This document shows positions 10,084-22,814 of a stretch of 32,165 nt of DNA, piece by piece. The notes under the pieces were generated by a model that was not told where the DNA came from, ran no database searches, and saw only the letters and a program-made list of their open reading frames with translations. The stretch is from Nemertoderma westbladi (taxonomy: Eukaryota > Animalia > Xenacoelomorpha): the NCBI GenBank assembly GCA_032718475.1, contig JAUCBJ010001714.1, positions 1 through 32,165 of the forward strand, written 5' to 3'. Position numbers and translations under genes: made by a program. Position 1 is the first letter of the stretch. Each line of letters opens with the position of its first letter.

Positions 10084-10977
10084 CACCATGTCCTGGAATA
10101 TATTGTCGTTATTCAAGAAAAATTGCCCCCCCCCCCCCCCCCCCCCCCAATTTTTCTACAAATCGTAATGAGATGGCATGAAATTTGAAACAGAGATACT
10201 GTAGTTTCACATCCCTACTCCTTTCAATCTTTAGCTATAAGCGATTGAAAAAGGTGTCTCCTGTGATATTTCACCCGTTACACTGCAGTTATTCATGAGC
10301 CTTAGCGTGATTTGTTGGTAGAAATAGAAAGCTAACCATGCAAGGATAACAAAAATGTAAAAATATTTGAATTTGGTTGGGAAATAGTTGAGATATGAGT
10401 GTTCAAAAGTTGCATGGTTTTTGCACTTGCGCGAGGCTGTTTTATTCTATTAAATAAAACCACATTATTCTAGAACATTTTGTTTATGTATGAATAGCTA
10501 CATAATAGTATGTTTAAAGAAGCATTGCATTGTTGCCCAGATACGTATGGGATAAGCAAAATGTTCCAGAATATGATGTATTTATTAAATAGAATAAATG
10601 GCGTGCAGGGGAAGCAAATACATGCAACTTTCGAATGCCCATATCTTGGCTATTTCTCTACCAAATTCAAATGTTTTTACATTTATGGAATCCTTGCACG
10701 GTCAGCTTTCTATGGGTACCAACAAATCGCGATAAGGTTCAAGAATAACTGCAGTGTAACTGGTGAAATATCACGGGAGACACCTTTTTCAAACGCTTGT
10801 AGCTAAAGATTGAAAGCAAAAATAAAAATTCTGGCTCACCCAGCAAGGAGGAGGGAGGTGAAACTATCTCTGTTTCAAATTTCATGCAATCTCATTAAGA
10901 TTTGAAGAAAAATGTGGGGGGGGGGGGGGGGGGGTTCCAGGTACCTGAAAAACGATACTATATTCCAGGAAATTGTG
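10084..10977. mobile_element. Palindromic (foldback) MITE, ~420-bp arms, TA flanks
   Basis: TA|CACCATGTCCTGGAATATA ... TATATTCCAGGAAATTGTG|TA; arms are complementary nearly to the centre (poly-C vs poly-G, GGTGTCTC..TGATATTTCACC vs GGTGAAATATCA..GAGACACC). Confidence 0.85.
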
Positions 10978-11299
10978 TACATTATTGCCAAGTTTGTCCT
11001 GTTTCAGTTAGCTAGGAATTTTGTACTTTCAAATGGCTAAGCGTTCCAGAATAATGTATCAACGTTCAGAGGAAACAGAGATAAACTGCCATATAAAAAA
11101 CACTATGTAAAGGGAGTTGCTTTGAGCTTTTCGGTAAGTATTTGATAGGCAGCAATTCCTACTGGAAAGATCACTACTGAAATCAGTTTCCATAAGAATC
11201 CTGAGTCAGGTTTGTAGAAGTAAATTTGGACAAGTTTTGACCCGAAGTATGCACCTTAAAGATCTGAATGATTCACAACTTATATCCCTAGTGTGAAAA

Positions 11300-12930
11300 A
11301 TTTGGTAGAGAACTGAATTCTGTACATAGTTCCCAACATGAAGCAAACGCCGCAAGATTTTCTATAGAATGCATCCATCAACTTCAATTTTGTGTTGGAG
11401 AGTGATCCAACACTGAAAGTGAGGCTATAAAGAATAGAAGGGAGTGCGATACTGTTCCATAAGCGAGTTACTGTAGTAACGGGTAACTTCCGAACTGTCC
11501 ATCCGCGCCGATGAAACTCTGTATAATTTATTATTAGAAGGCGAATACATTGGGAGTATACAAACTGGAGGGTTCCTGATCTGGTATCCCAAAAAGGTGA
11601 TTGAATCTACTGAAGGAATGAGATGTGATTGGATGTTCATGAATTCAGGAGTGAAACATTGTGTTCCGTAACTACTTATATCAGTCCAGTGAGTTTTAGA
11701 TATATCTATTTTTAACTGTATATTATTGAGGGACGTCGCTAGTTGGTTAACTTCGTTAGTCGTTTGTTTAACCAGGCTGGAAGATGTTCCTAATACAATT
11801 ATATCTGCGTATGAAACTAATCCAAACGGAATATGGTAAACACTGCAGCCGTTGATTCTTTCCATTGCTTCGGCAAATTTGTTTTGAAGGTAAAAATTAT
11901 AAAGTAAAGGCGAAATCAAAGATCCTTGTTTGACTCCACATCGAGAGGAAATACCATTACAGTCAGAAAAACCAGAAGGTGTGGAGGTAATAATGCAGGA
12001 GTAGCCGAACTACGTGTGTGTTTAAGAATTTTGTAGCTAATGGAAAAGATGAAAGTGTTGGACATGATCAACGGCAGACTCAATATCAGTTTGGCAAAGA
12101 AAAATAGGTGATCCATCGGATGTGTAGTGATCAATGTTCTCTAAGACAGCGGCGATAACACAGTATATCACATCCTGTTCTTTTCTGGTAAGCTGTTTGA
12201 CACGCACTGGATTCAGGTAGATATACAAAGCCCATAATCTTCTTCAATGATCTACTTGCCCATAATGACTGCTTCCATAATCTTTGCGAAAATACTAATA
12301 CGACTGATAGGACGGTAAGAAGTAGATCTTGAAGCATCCTTTCCCTTCCCCTTATACAGACAATTTACCAGTGTATCACCGAAGGTAACAGGTACGACTC
12401 CTAACAAAAGTGAGTTATTAAACAGATTACAAAGGTGGCAGCAAATAATCTCATCATTGGCGAACAGAAGATGTTCAATGGTAAGATGCCGTTTATCCGG
12501 TGCTTTACCACGCGAGAGCGCCAATATCATACTGCGAACCGAAACTTCGGATATCAACGGTACTGGAATATCAAAGCAAGAACTATCAAGCTGAGTCGCC
12601 AGTTCGGATAATCGTTAATCGGGGGAGTGTTTTCTTTGAAGCGGTTTTGAATCCGCAGCGGGTCCCGTAAATTCTCTGGAGTTGGGGTGTTGTTTCTTTT
12701 TCTAAAATGTCTCCAAAACGCTTTAGGGTCGCCCTTCATTTTGTTTGCAGTTTGAAGAATTTTACTGTAAACTTTTTGGGAAACAAGCCAATTACGCAGA
12801 CGTCGAATCGATCGCTTAGAGTCTTGAAATGCTGTTGCAAACTCACTGTCCTTAGTTTTTCCTTCTGAACACTATATTCCATATAACTGCTTTGTTACCT
12901 TTGATTTCTCATTGAGCTGTTTATTCCTAA
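11300..12930 (-). pseudogene. Decayed non-LTR retrotransposon RT (frameshifted; a different family from the LINE at 1-6100)
   Basis: RT motifs spread over several short frames: PKAFWRHF, GKAPD..LTIEHLLFA, SYRPIS, DIESAVDHV, ISPLLYN, SYADIIVL, ITFLG. Confidence 0.85.
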
Positions 12931-12969
12931 TAAATAAATATATTTTTTGTCTTCTTCCGGATGGGATTG

Positions 12970-13630
12970 TTTGATGCAAAGGTTGGTATGCTTGAGCATG
13001 TGGACGACTTCTGTTACCTGGGATCATGGATCCGGAAGTCAGGTGAGGACCTTCGAATACGTAAGGGAAAGGCATGGGCAGCCTTGAATAGGCTTTCCAG
13101 GATTTGGAAGTCACCGAGAATTAATCGGAAACTTAAGGTCCGATTATTTGGAGCAGCAGTAGTTCCAGTACTCCTCTATGGGAGTCCATGCTGGGCTCTA
13201 ACTGCTGAGGACACCAAATCTGTTTTTCCAAATCTCTGGATGGCACATTCACAAGAATTCTACGCCGGGTTCATTGTGTCAAGTACAATGCACACATCTC
13301 CAACCAGACACTATATAAGATTGGAGGTGTCTCATGGTTCCCCCAAGCTTGACACTAGAACAAAATCGCCTCCGCTTTGCAGGACATTGCTTTCGCCGTG
13401 AGGACCAGCCAGTGCATAATCTTGTACTTTGGCAGCCTCGTGGAGTGAATAAGCATGGTGGACAGCCCATGACTTTCTTGAGCCGCATCTTAAAGGACAC
13501 TGGCCTTGAAGATGCGGATGATCTAGCAAATGTCATGGGTGATAGGGAGTTGTGGAGGCGCAACTTTGTCGATAAGCCGGCACAGCATTCCTAAAAATGC
13601 AGCTGCAATGCAGCATGCCGATCCTAGTAG
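12970..13630 (+). mobile_element. 5'-truncated RTE-like LINE 3' fragment, copy 1
   Basis: LEHVDDFCYLGS, KVRLF.AAVVPVLLYGS..W, RLRFAGHCFR; a 14-nt insertion near 13221 shifts the frame relative to copy 2. Confidence 0.85.
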
Positions 13631-13834
13631 CTTGATTTGTATGCACCATCCTGCAGAACCTTTATTAGCTGGTCGGTGTATGTGTTTAGGTCCTTGTTGT
13701 TCAAAGGCTGCTCCATAGCATAAGCCACATCCAATTTACTGATTTTAAGTGAGACATAATAGACATAATAATATATTTGTGAGGCATAACTTATTGGAAT
13801 AACCATTTACAAATTGTGTGAAGAGTATCACTTT

Positions 13835-14791
13835 TCAGCGTTATGGCCCGAGTGTTTATGCACCGTGCGGCTGAGGGAGTGAGATTAACTACGGGTATTT
13901 GGCCCGAGTGTTTATGCACCGTGCGGCTGAGGGAGTGAGATTAACTACGGGTATTTGGCCCGAGTGTTTATGCACCGTGCGGCTGAGGGAGTGAGATTAA
14001 CTACGGGTATTTGGCCCGAGTGTTTATGCACCGTGCGGCTGAGGGAGTGAGATTAACTACGGGTATTTGGCCCGAGTGTTTATGCACCGTGCGGCTGAGG
14101 GAGTGAGATTAACTCAGCGTTATGGCCCGAGTGTTTATGCACCGTGCGGCTGAGGGAGTGAGATTAACTACGGGTATTTGGCCCAAGTGTTTATGCACCG
14201 TGCGGCTGAGGGAGTGAGATTAACTACGGGTATTTGGCCCGAGTGTTTATGCACCGTGCGGCTGAGGGAGTGAGATTAACTCAGCGTTATGGCCCGAGTG
14301 TTTATGCACCGTGCGGCTGAGGGAGTGAGATTAACTACGGGTATTTGGCCCGAGTGTTTATGCACCGTGCGGCTGAGGGAGTGAGATTAACTCAGCGTTA
14401 TGGCCCGAGTGTTTATGCACCGTGCGGCTGAGGGAGTGAGATTAACTACGGGTATTTGGCCCAAGTGTTTATGCACCGTGCGGCTGAGGGAGTGAGATTA
14501 ACTACGGGTATTTGGCCCGAGTGTTTATGCACCGTGCGGCTGAGGGAGTGAGATTAACTCAGCGTTATGGCCCGAGTGTTTATGCACCGTGCGGCTGAGG
14601 GAGTGAGATTAACTACGGGTATTTGGCCCGAGTGTTTATGCACCGTGCGGCTGAGGGAGTGAGATTAACTCAGCGTTATGGCCCGAGTGTTTATGCACCG
14701 TGCGGTTGATGGAGTGAGATTAACTACGGGTATTTGGCCCGAGTGTTTATGCACCGTGCGGCTGAGGGAGTGAGATTCACTACGGGTATTT
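13835..14791. repeat. Minisatellite: 17 units of 55/56 bp with a 278-bp higher-order repeat
   Basis: 46-bp core GGCCCGAGTGTTTATGCACCGTGCGGCTGAGGGAGTGAGATTAACT plus linker ACGGGTATTT or CAGCGTTAT; cores start at 13845, 13901, 13957 ... 14736. Confidence 0.97.
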
Positions 14792-15499
14792 AACTTATAG
14801 AAAGAAAGTAACATTTTTTTGTCCGACTTTATAATTTGCATTTTCGAGGAAAAGTTATAGGCGAGTCAATCTAGCCAAAAAAGGGTGTCAACCCATAACA
14901 AATTCGCAATTCATCCAAACCAGATTTTCTTTAATCCTTACCTTATTGTTAATACTAAAAAAATGTCATAAAAAAATATTATGCGGATCATTTTCAATTT
15001 CCGGTTTCTTTCCTTAGCAACATGGATTTTACATAGCAACAAGGGGTCTATTGGTGAGATCTTCCCCAAATTTTGTGCAAAGAAACTTTAGTCCAATGAC
15101 TAACAAGGCTAACATTAGCGCAAATTATTACATTTCCCTGCAGTGGAGTTGTATAATAAGGCAATATATTTATCTCTGTTTTTAATTTTTTATATATTTA
15201 TAAATTTGATGCGACTTCTAGTTTCTGATATAGCAATTAATATATAGCACGCCAAAGTAAATATTACACATTTTCTATTAAATCACAGTTTCTTGTGAAA
15301 GTAATTAAATTATTCTGGAACATCATATGCTACTTACTCTTCACTAATGTTCCTTTTGTTTGACTTGTATTATGCAAATTTACGCAGAATTTCCATGAAT
15401 AAACATATGATCAGCAAAATATTATTTTATAGACTTTTTTTGGTTATTAACAAGGTCATATAGAATCCAAATTATGCGGTTCGGGTTGATATGAGATTA

Positions 15500-16254
15500 T
15501 TATTAAGATTGGATGAAATTTGAAATAGAGAGAATTGCACTTAACTCCTCCCGGTTGGAGTCGGTTGACTCCAACCGACTCCGGCTCCGACTCCGAAGGT
15601 AAATCGGAATTTTTATTTCATTTATCTCATTCATTCATCTTTCATCTCATTTTTGTTAGCTATAGGAGTGGGGGTTTAAAAACGGTGTCTCCGGCGATAT
15701 GTCACCAGTTACACCGCAGTTATTCTTCAACCTTATAGATACTGTTAGATAGCTGGCAATGCAAGGATTCCAAATATGGATCACAATCTGAATTTCGTCG
15801 TAAAATAGCTGAGATATGAGCGTTCGAAAGTTGCTGGTTTGGCACCTGCCCAAGGCTATTTTATTCCATTTAATAAAATAGATAATATTCTGGAACGCAT
15901 TGTTTATCCCATACGTAGCTGGGCAACAATGCATTTGGCTCTATAATCATACTCTTACGTAGCTATTCAAACGTAAACAAAATGTTCTAGAATATGGTAT
16001 ATTTATAAATTAGAATAAACAGCTTGCGCAGCTGCAAAACCATGCAACTTTTGAACGCTCATATCTCAGCTATTTTTCAACGAAGTTCTGATTATGTTAC
16101 ATATTTGGAATCCAACAGTACCAACAAATTACTATGAACCTATCTATGTGAAACTATCTCTGTTTCAAATTTTATGCAATCTCATTACGATTTGTAGAAA
16201 AATTTGGGGGAGGGGGGGTACCTGATTAACGACACTATATTCCAGGACATGGTG
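15500..16254. mobile_element. Second, partly deleted copy of the 10084-10977 foldback MITE in opposite orientation
   Basis: Ends TATATTCCAGGACATGGTG|TA; central TTATCCCATACGTAGCTGGGCAACAATGCA is nearly the reverse complement of 10526-10555. Confidence 0.8.
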
Positions 16255-16274
16255 TATATACGTCGGATGTACTA

Positions 16275-16868
16275 AGTACTACTAGGATCGGCATGCTGCA
16301 TTGCTGCTGCATTTTTAAGAATGCTGTGCTGGCTTGTCGACAAAATTGCGCCGCCACAACTCCCTATCACCCATGACATTTGCTAGATCATCCGCATCTT
16401 CAAGGCCAGTGTCCTTTAAGATGCGTCTCATTAAAGTCATGGGCTGTCCACCATGCTTATTCACTCCATGAGGCTGCCAAAGTACAAGCTTATGCACTGG
16501 CTGGTCCTCACGGCGAAAGCAATGTCCTGCAAAGCGGAGGCGACTTTGTTCTAGTGTCAAGCTTGGGGGAACCAATGAGACACCTCCAATGTTATATAGT
16601 GTCTGGTTGGAGATGTGTGCATTGTACTTGACACAATGAACCCGGCGTAGCATTCTTGTGAATGTGCCATCCAAAGATTTGGTGTCCCCAGCAGTTAGAG
16701 CCCAGTATGGACTCCCATAGAGGAGTACTGGAACTACTGCTGGCCTAAATAATCGGACCTTAAGTTTCCAATTAATTATCTGTGACTTCCAAATCCTGGA
16801 AAGCCTATTCAAGGCCGCCCATGCCTATCCCTTACGTATTCGAAGGTCCTCACCTGACTTCCGGATCC
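16275..16868 (-). mobile_element. 5'-truncated RTE-like LINE 3' fragment, copy 2
   Basis: Near-identical protein to copy 1 (…RELWRRNFVDKPAQHS*) and the same short 3' UTR ending GCATGCCGATCCTAGTAG. Confidence 0.88.
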
Positions 16869-17154
16869 AATGTTATGTTTTAAGTAACAATGTTATGTAA
16901 CACACCTTAGAGGTAAGGGGTAGGGGGTCAGGTGCCTGAAGTAACACACTATTGTGCAGTGCGTAGGCGTATGGGAGTCATCTTCGTTGGGGGGGGGGGG
17001 GGGGAGGTGTGTAATAATATATCATATTTTTGCCCCCCCCCCCCATCCATTTTCGCCCCCCCCCCCCCCAAAAAAAAAACATTTTTTCTCATATCCTACA
17101 AAATTAGTCATCGTCGGTAGAAATTTTTAATATTATGGTTTTGTTCAGAAATTG

Positions 17155-17257
17155 AAAAAATGAGGAAGCGCGTCACCGGGGGTTGAACCAGCGCTATACG
17201 TACGTTTCATCCTATCAGGCCTCATCAGTAGCGCTAACCAGTTCAGCCACTTGTACC
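17155..17257 (-). promoter_or_regulatory. Type-2 Pol III transcription unit signals enclosing the hammerhead
   Basis: A box TGGCTGAACTGG (17249-17238), B box GGTTCAACCC (17189-17180), TTTTTT terminator (17160-17155). Confidence 0.65.
17190..17235 (-). ncRNA. Minimal type I hammerhead ribozyme
   Basis: Minus strand: AGCGCTA-CTGATGA-GGCCTGATAGGAT-GAAA-CGTACG-TA-TAGCGCT. Perfect 7-bp stem I, full core, imperfect stem II, minimal palindromic stem III; predicted GUA cleavage between 17197 and 17196. Confidence 0.82.
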
Positions 17258-18910
17258 TGACATTCACTATCCCACCTAATCCACTTTTATTGAACAGGCA
17301 GTCTTAAGTTGCATATCCTATCTCTTGCAGTTGTAGTTGCATTAACAGCTCAACTCAAATTTATTAGAAATTTTTAAAAGCTATTGAGACGGTCAATCTT
17401 TAATGAAATGGAACCAAACTTGGTACACATGTAGTTTTTAAAAAATTTAGAAATTCTACACACAGACAGACTTCTATCTATAGTTAATCTGTCGAACGCT
17501 AGGGGGCTAGTGACTAGGTCCACAAATTGTACCTCTAATCAAAGGCTTATCTGGACTAACGTACTGCGCAAAGTCCACACGAACGTGTAGGCCTACTGTA
17601 TTTATTACAGTTTGTTTTATGGGCTGCCATCAACCAGGCGCCAGCATTGCCCAATTCCCAAGTTTTTTTTATATATTCCTAGGATACTTGTATATAAGAC
17701 CTATTATCTTGTTCTGTCTCGTAATTTCTCTTGTACTGCACCGTGTAAGTGACTACAACTGTTCCATTCATTTCTCGTTTCTAGTTATCAAAATTAAATA
17801 AATGACAAATGTGTAGAATTGTTATTTTTAATTTGGATTTTCTTCTTCACACCCCCCCCCCCCCCTCTCTCGTTTCTTTTGATTATATTTTTTTTGACAC
17901 ATTTTCGTCAAACCCTCTCTCTAATTTTTCACCCCTTTCTTTTGGTTCAGTGGGGGGGGGGGGGGGGGGGGCTGCAGGCTGCAGCCCCACCTCCCGGCCC
18001 ACCCGCCTCGTACGCCTATGCCATTGTGTACTGTGTATAATTGCCTATCCAGTTTACCTAGCAACCACATTTCAATATCCAATAAAGACGCATGAGTGAG
18101 TACGCCATTCACCGACAATACATGGCACTGTGAATAGGTTTTCTTTAATGAGTTGTGACATCCAACTACAGAGCATCTTGGTCTTGGACGAGCTGTCATT
18201 GGTTGGGATCTGAAGAATGTGTAGTAGTGAGTGGTTGGTTAGCATTTCGGCTCTCCTATGGAAAGGGGAATACATGAGAAGGCATTGCTGAGATTCCCTA
18301 ATCATTATGCTGTTGTGAGTGAATGTAGAATTGAGCATCACCAGTGATCACTCTGCGTCCTCCAGTCTGCAGTCTGCAGTCTGTTGACTGTTGCATTCTT
18401 GTTATGTTACTGGATTACTGCAGTACTGGCAGACCGGTTCCTCTCACCTGTGCTGTAGGCCACTATTAATCCATTTATACTATTTATTAATGTGTATTGT
18501 ATTACGCCTGCGGCGGCCTGCCTGCCTGCCTACTGCCTACATATTATCATCATTACTTGACCTTAGCAGTTTGGCTTGCTGCTGCTACCGGCTGACCGCT
18601 AGGCCTACTAAGATTCCAGGATATATTACTATTGTATTATATTACTGTTACTGTATTAACTACCGGTACTAAGATAGATGCTGAGATAGGCCTAGTGTTG
18701 TAGTGTAGTGGGATACTGGGTGTCGCTGTGTCGGGGTGTGTCAGTGTGTGTTATTATGATATTACACAGTTACAGTTAATACCACCATGGCATGGGTGGT
18801 CCAAAAAACTTGAACTGAATTTCAACTCAGTTCGCACATCAGATGTCATCAATTGGGCCCAAACTTCGATAGATACCAAAGATTTGATTTGGGGATGACA
18901 GGAAATATTA

Positions 18911-19639
18911 CCACAGGCACATGGCAAGTTCCCACCCTTGGCGCAAGTGAGTCATATTCCCCATTTTTTATTCCTAGTATTTATACTGCATTGATATCAT
19001 GCTCTAGAACCGCAATGACCGATTTAGTTGGTGTAGACACCTTCAAAACAAGCATAGAGCGAATACTTTTTGATATATTGCAGAAAATGTGAAGTCTGGC
19101 ACAAATCAACATTACTGCATTTTACATGCATTAGCCAGTTAGCGCCTTGATGCCTGACACCTGACTGCTCGAGTTATTGTCAAAAAAATTATATTGTTAA
19201 AATTTCAAGGCTAGGTCCACCAATGACCTTATATTGAGTTGACCTAGTCCAGACATTTTGTACAATAACTCGAGAACTAATGACTCAACTCATATTTTTA
19301 TTAGAGTGTCAACATCACCTAAATTGATCATTGCAGTTATGTTTAAATTCTGGATGCCTTGCGATAATTAGAAGTATCATTTTTAGTGTATTTGTCAATA
19401 TTGCATCAAGGCACTAATGTAATGTTGACTTGTGTCGGACTTCACATTTTCACTTCACAATATCTTAAAAACTATTCGTTCTATGCTTGTTTTGAAGGTG
19501 TCTACACCAACTAAATCAGTCATTGTCAGATTATGGTTCTAATGAGCATACCAGCATAATATCAAAGCAGTTGATCATCACAAAAATGGGGAATATGAAT
19601 CTCTTGCGCCAAGGGCGGGAACTGGCCATGTGCTTAGTG
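18911..19639. mobile_element. Foldback MITE, ~250-bp inverted arms, TA flanks
   Basis: GCACATGGC..CCCTTGGCGCAAG..GATTTAGTTGGTGTAGACACCTTCAAAACAAGCATAGA is mirrored at about 19390-19639. Confidence 0.85.
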
Positions 19640-21711
19640 TAAGTGTGGACCCTCTAGACATTGTTCAATTTTCATAAAATTTGGCATGGAACACTTTTTT
19701 GGGGAGTGTAACAAAATAAAACTATATCCAGAACGCTAATTTCGAAAAAACGGGGCAGGTGCACCCTACAGCCCTAACTGCCTAACCTGTATTCAGGTAT
19801 TCGATTTTATCAGTGGGGTCATTATTGACCCCAGGTGGTCACAGCGACTGTTGCTCAAAAAGATGTGTTTATTTTTATATCAAATAGCTAAACAAAACAA
19901 ATATCCATGGTATTGCATAGAATTACATGTGCTAGGAAGGTACTATCAAGTTCAGAACCCCACATACACCTATTGAAGAAAAAATTAGAGATTTAAGTCA
20001 CTGGGGACTGGGGTCGTTTTTGACCCCAGGTGTAAATAGGAAGGTTAATAAAAAACCTCAACCTCAACCCCAGTCTGCCGATGTGCTGGCGGTGGGGGTG
20101 TAAATTAAAAGGTTTGGATAATGAGAATATAGAACCTTGGAGTAAGTGTTGCACCCTCACTGCCTTACAGGTAACAACCAAGAGATTTAAGTCTTCCGGT
20201 TCACCGGGTGTCTGCTGTCTGTCTCGTGTTTTGCGTCCACCGTTAGGCTAACTTTACTTTATGTTTAATGAATGAATGGCAAATTACGATGTATTGGATG
20301 GAAGGAACACCCTGGAATGAACTAATTATCTTTCTGTCACTGCCTAGCCTGAACCGTTCTGGCTCATCCATCAGCACCACTCGACATATCAGTTTTGCAA
20401 GGACATTTATCGACTGGAAAATTAGCGGGAATGATTGTTGTATTTCGTCATATTGACTTATTAGAGTGTTGTGTTGCATACAATTTATATACAATATACG
20501 GCTGTCGCTCTCTATTTATCAACTGATGTTTACAAATACTTTTTTTAAAGCTCTTTTATGAATAATTTGACATACCGGTATTTAATTCTTCTGCGATTAT
20601 TTTACATCGGTTCCCTCAAGATTTGGGTTTGTTTGTAGAATATCCATACAACCGTCGATGGTTGATGATTTAGCAAAATATTGTTTCAAATAGCTGAATA
20701 GAGTCGGTGCATGTATGGAACGAGAATGTAGGAAACCAATATGACGTTTTTTAAATTCATTTAGAAACTAACAAAGTACGGTATATTGTTTATATGCTGT
20801 AGATCCCACCAGTCTGACAGTACTTGGAATCAGTTGTGCAGAAGAAGACCTGCTGCGTTAGTAATTCAGTAATTATATATGTGCGGTACTTAGGCCTACA
20901 GTAATTCCAATAAAGTCAGAAAGTGGAGGTCATCCGATATGAAATTAACCATGTGCATTACTGCATTTGCATGATTGTATGACCTTAATGTACGTACTGA
21001 GCTTTCCCTGTAGTCTAATTAATAATTTATATTATATACATAAAATTGTTGCAACAAGTTTTTTTTTCTTTAAATTATTAAGGTAAGAGCGTAGAGGAGA
21101 GTTAATTGTTAGGTTAGCTAGACCTTAGACGATTTATAATACCGGTACTCTTTTTTTATTAAAATTTTTAATATAAAATTTTTATATTAAACAATTTTAT
21201 ATGTTATACAACATGCACTACATGAACATGATAACATAATCATTAAGCAATCAAGCACCAGAACAATCAGATATAGAGGTCAGAGGCCCATCTCTAACTA
21301 TTACATATAAAATTTCTTATTAGTGAAATCAATGACATTCATTCGCAACGATTTGCGCGTACAATTGAGTAGGCCTAATATTTTCCAAGTTAATTATATT
21401 TTCTTTTTGACCACTGATCTATGCTGTCATTGTACTTTGTGTTAGGCTGTGATTAGTATGCAGTTCTGCAGTAGGCCTCCTCGTGGTACTTTTGTTTGGT
21501 TCAGTGATCTGGCATCCTTCTTCCTTAGGTCTAATTAAATTAAAATTGAAACTATCGTCTAACAAGTTATATATATTATATTAATATAAACCTCTATAAA
21601 TCTCTGCATTACCAAATGTGAATTATAACCGATTTGCTTATTATTGAATAGTCTGAGTCAGTAATATATTTCAATTTACCTCCTCCCATATTTATATCCT
21701 GTGCTCCCATT

Positions 21712-22814
21712 ATGGCTGCGGTAGTCGGCGCGTGGCTGCCGTTCGCGCGGGCCGCCGCTATCGGATGGGTCCCCATCTCTTCTCGGCCGATGCCGCCCCC
21801 GCCCAAGTTCGGGGAGACCGCCGTAGAAGACGAGCGTCTCCTTATCAACGTGAGCGGCCGGCGGTTCGAGACGTGGCGATCCACCCTGGAGAAGTACCCC
21901 GACTCCCTACTGGGTTCCTCCGAGCGGGAGTTCTTCCTAGACGAGACTAGCGGCGAATATTTCTTCGATCGCGACCCCGAGTTGTTCAGGTACATTTTAA
22001 ACTTCTACCGGACGAGCAAACTCCACTACAACAAAGCCGAGTGCATCTCGGCCTTTGACGAGGAACTCGCCTTCTTCGGAATAATGCCGGACTCCCTGGG
22101 GGACTGCTGTTACGAGGACTACCGCGATCGTAAACGCGACACGGCTGAGCGATTAATCGACGATGAAGCCGACCCAAACGCCTCCTACGTACCCAAAAAC
22201 GTCCGAGAGATAATGTGGCGATCCTTCGAGAATCCCCACACATCGACTGCGGCGTTGGTGTTCTACTACGTAACCGGATTCTTCATCGCTGTCTCCGTGC
22301 TCGCCAACGTAGTAGAGACGACCTCGTGTTTGCCCTTCCCCGGCTCTTTCCAATCGGTCCCCTGCGGAACGCGATACGAAACTATATTCTTCTGCGTTGA
22401 CACCGCCTGCGTTATGATCTTCACAGTGGAGTATTGTCTGAGACTTTACGCGGCGCCTCTCCGGTGTAAGTTTGTTCGATCGGTTATGAGTGTCATCGAC
22501 GTCGTCGCCATTCTCCCCTATTACATCGGACTCGCCGTAGAGAACAACGAAGTCTCCGGGGCTTTCGTCACGCTCCGAGTCTTCCGCGTGTTTAGAATAT
22601 TTAAATTTTCCCGCCATTCTCAAGGACTCCGTATTATCGGATATACTCTGATTAGTTGCGCCAGCGAACTCGGCTTTCTCTTCTTCTCGATGACCATGGC
22701 CATCATCATCTTTGCCACCATTATGTTCTACGCCGAACGGAACGCACCGGACAATGAGTTCTACTCCATACCAGACGCTTTCTGGTTTACTATCGTTACC
22801 ATGACGACACTCGG
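21712..22814 (+). CDS. Shal (KCND): Shal/Kv4 voltage-gated K+ channel, first coding exon (N-terminus, T1, S1-S5, pore helix)
   Basis: [14 protein letters not shown]-terminus, T1 with HX5CX20CC zinc site, FENPHTST, S4 [27 protein letters not shown]; phase-2 donor GG|GTGAGT at 22814/22815. Confidence 0.97.

Larger units (their letters stand above)
16962..18020. mobile_element. Possible non-autonomous DNA element with short TIRs
   Basis: CGTAGGCGTATG at left vs CGTACGCCTATG at right, with subterminal G/C runs; no convincing TSD. Confidence 0.4.

Noticed and set aside
13835-14791. CRISPR array
   Set aside because: Only two recurring 9-10-nt linkers rather than unique spacers, no cas genes, eukaryotic context.
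17921-18199. THAP-domain-like start (RCSVVGCHN) on the minus strand
   Set aside because: No downstream FP, W, or C..HF motifs in frame; the ORF runs into poly-C repeat sequence.
19780-20048. TTAA-flanked piggyBac-like MITE with GGGGTC/GACCCC hairpins
   Set aside because: The right end fits (…GAAGG|TTAA) but the left terminus is too degenerate to define.
21609-22623. Antisense and alternative-frame ORFs over Shal exon 1 (and similar ones over the LINE ORFs)
   Set aside because: Shadows of codon-biased coding sequence with no recognisable domains.
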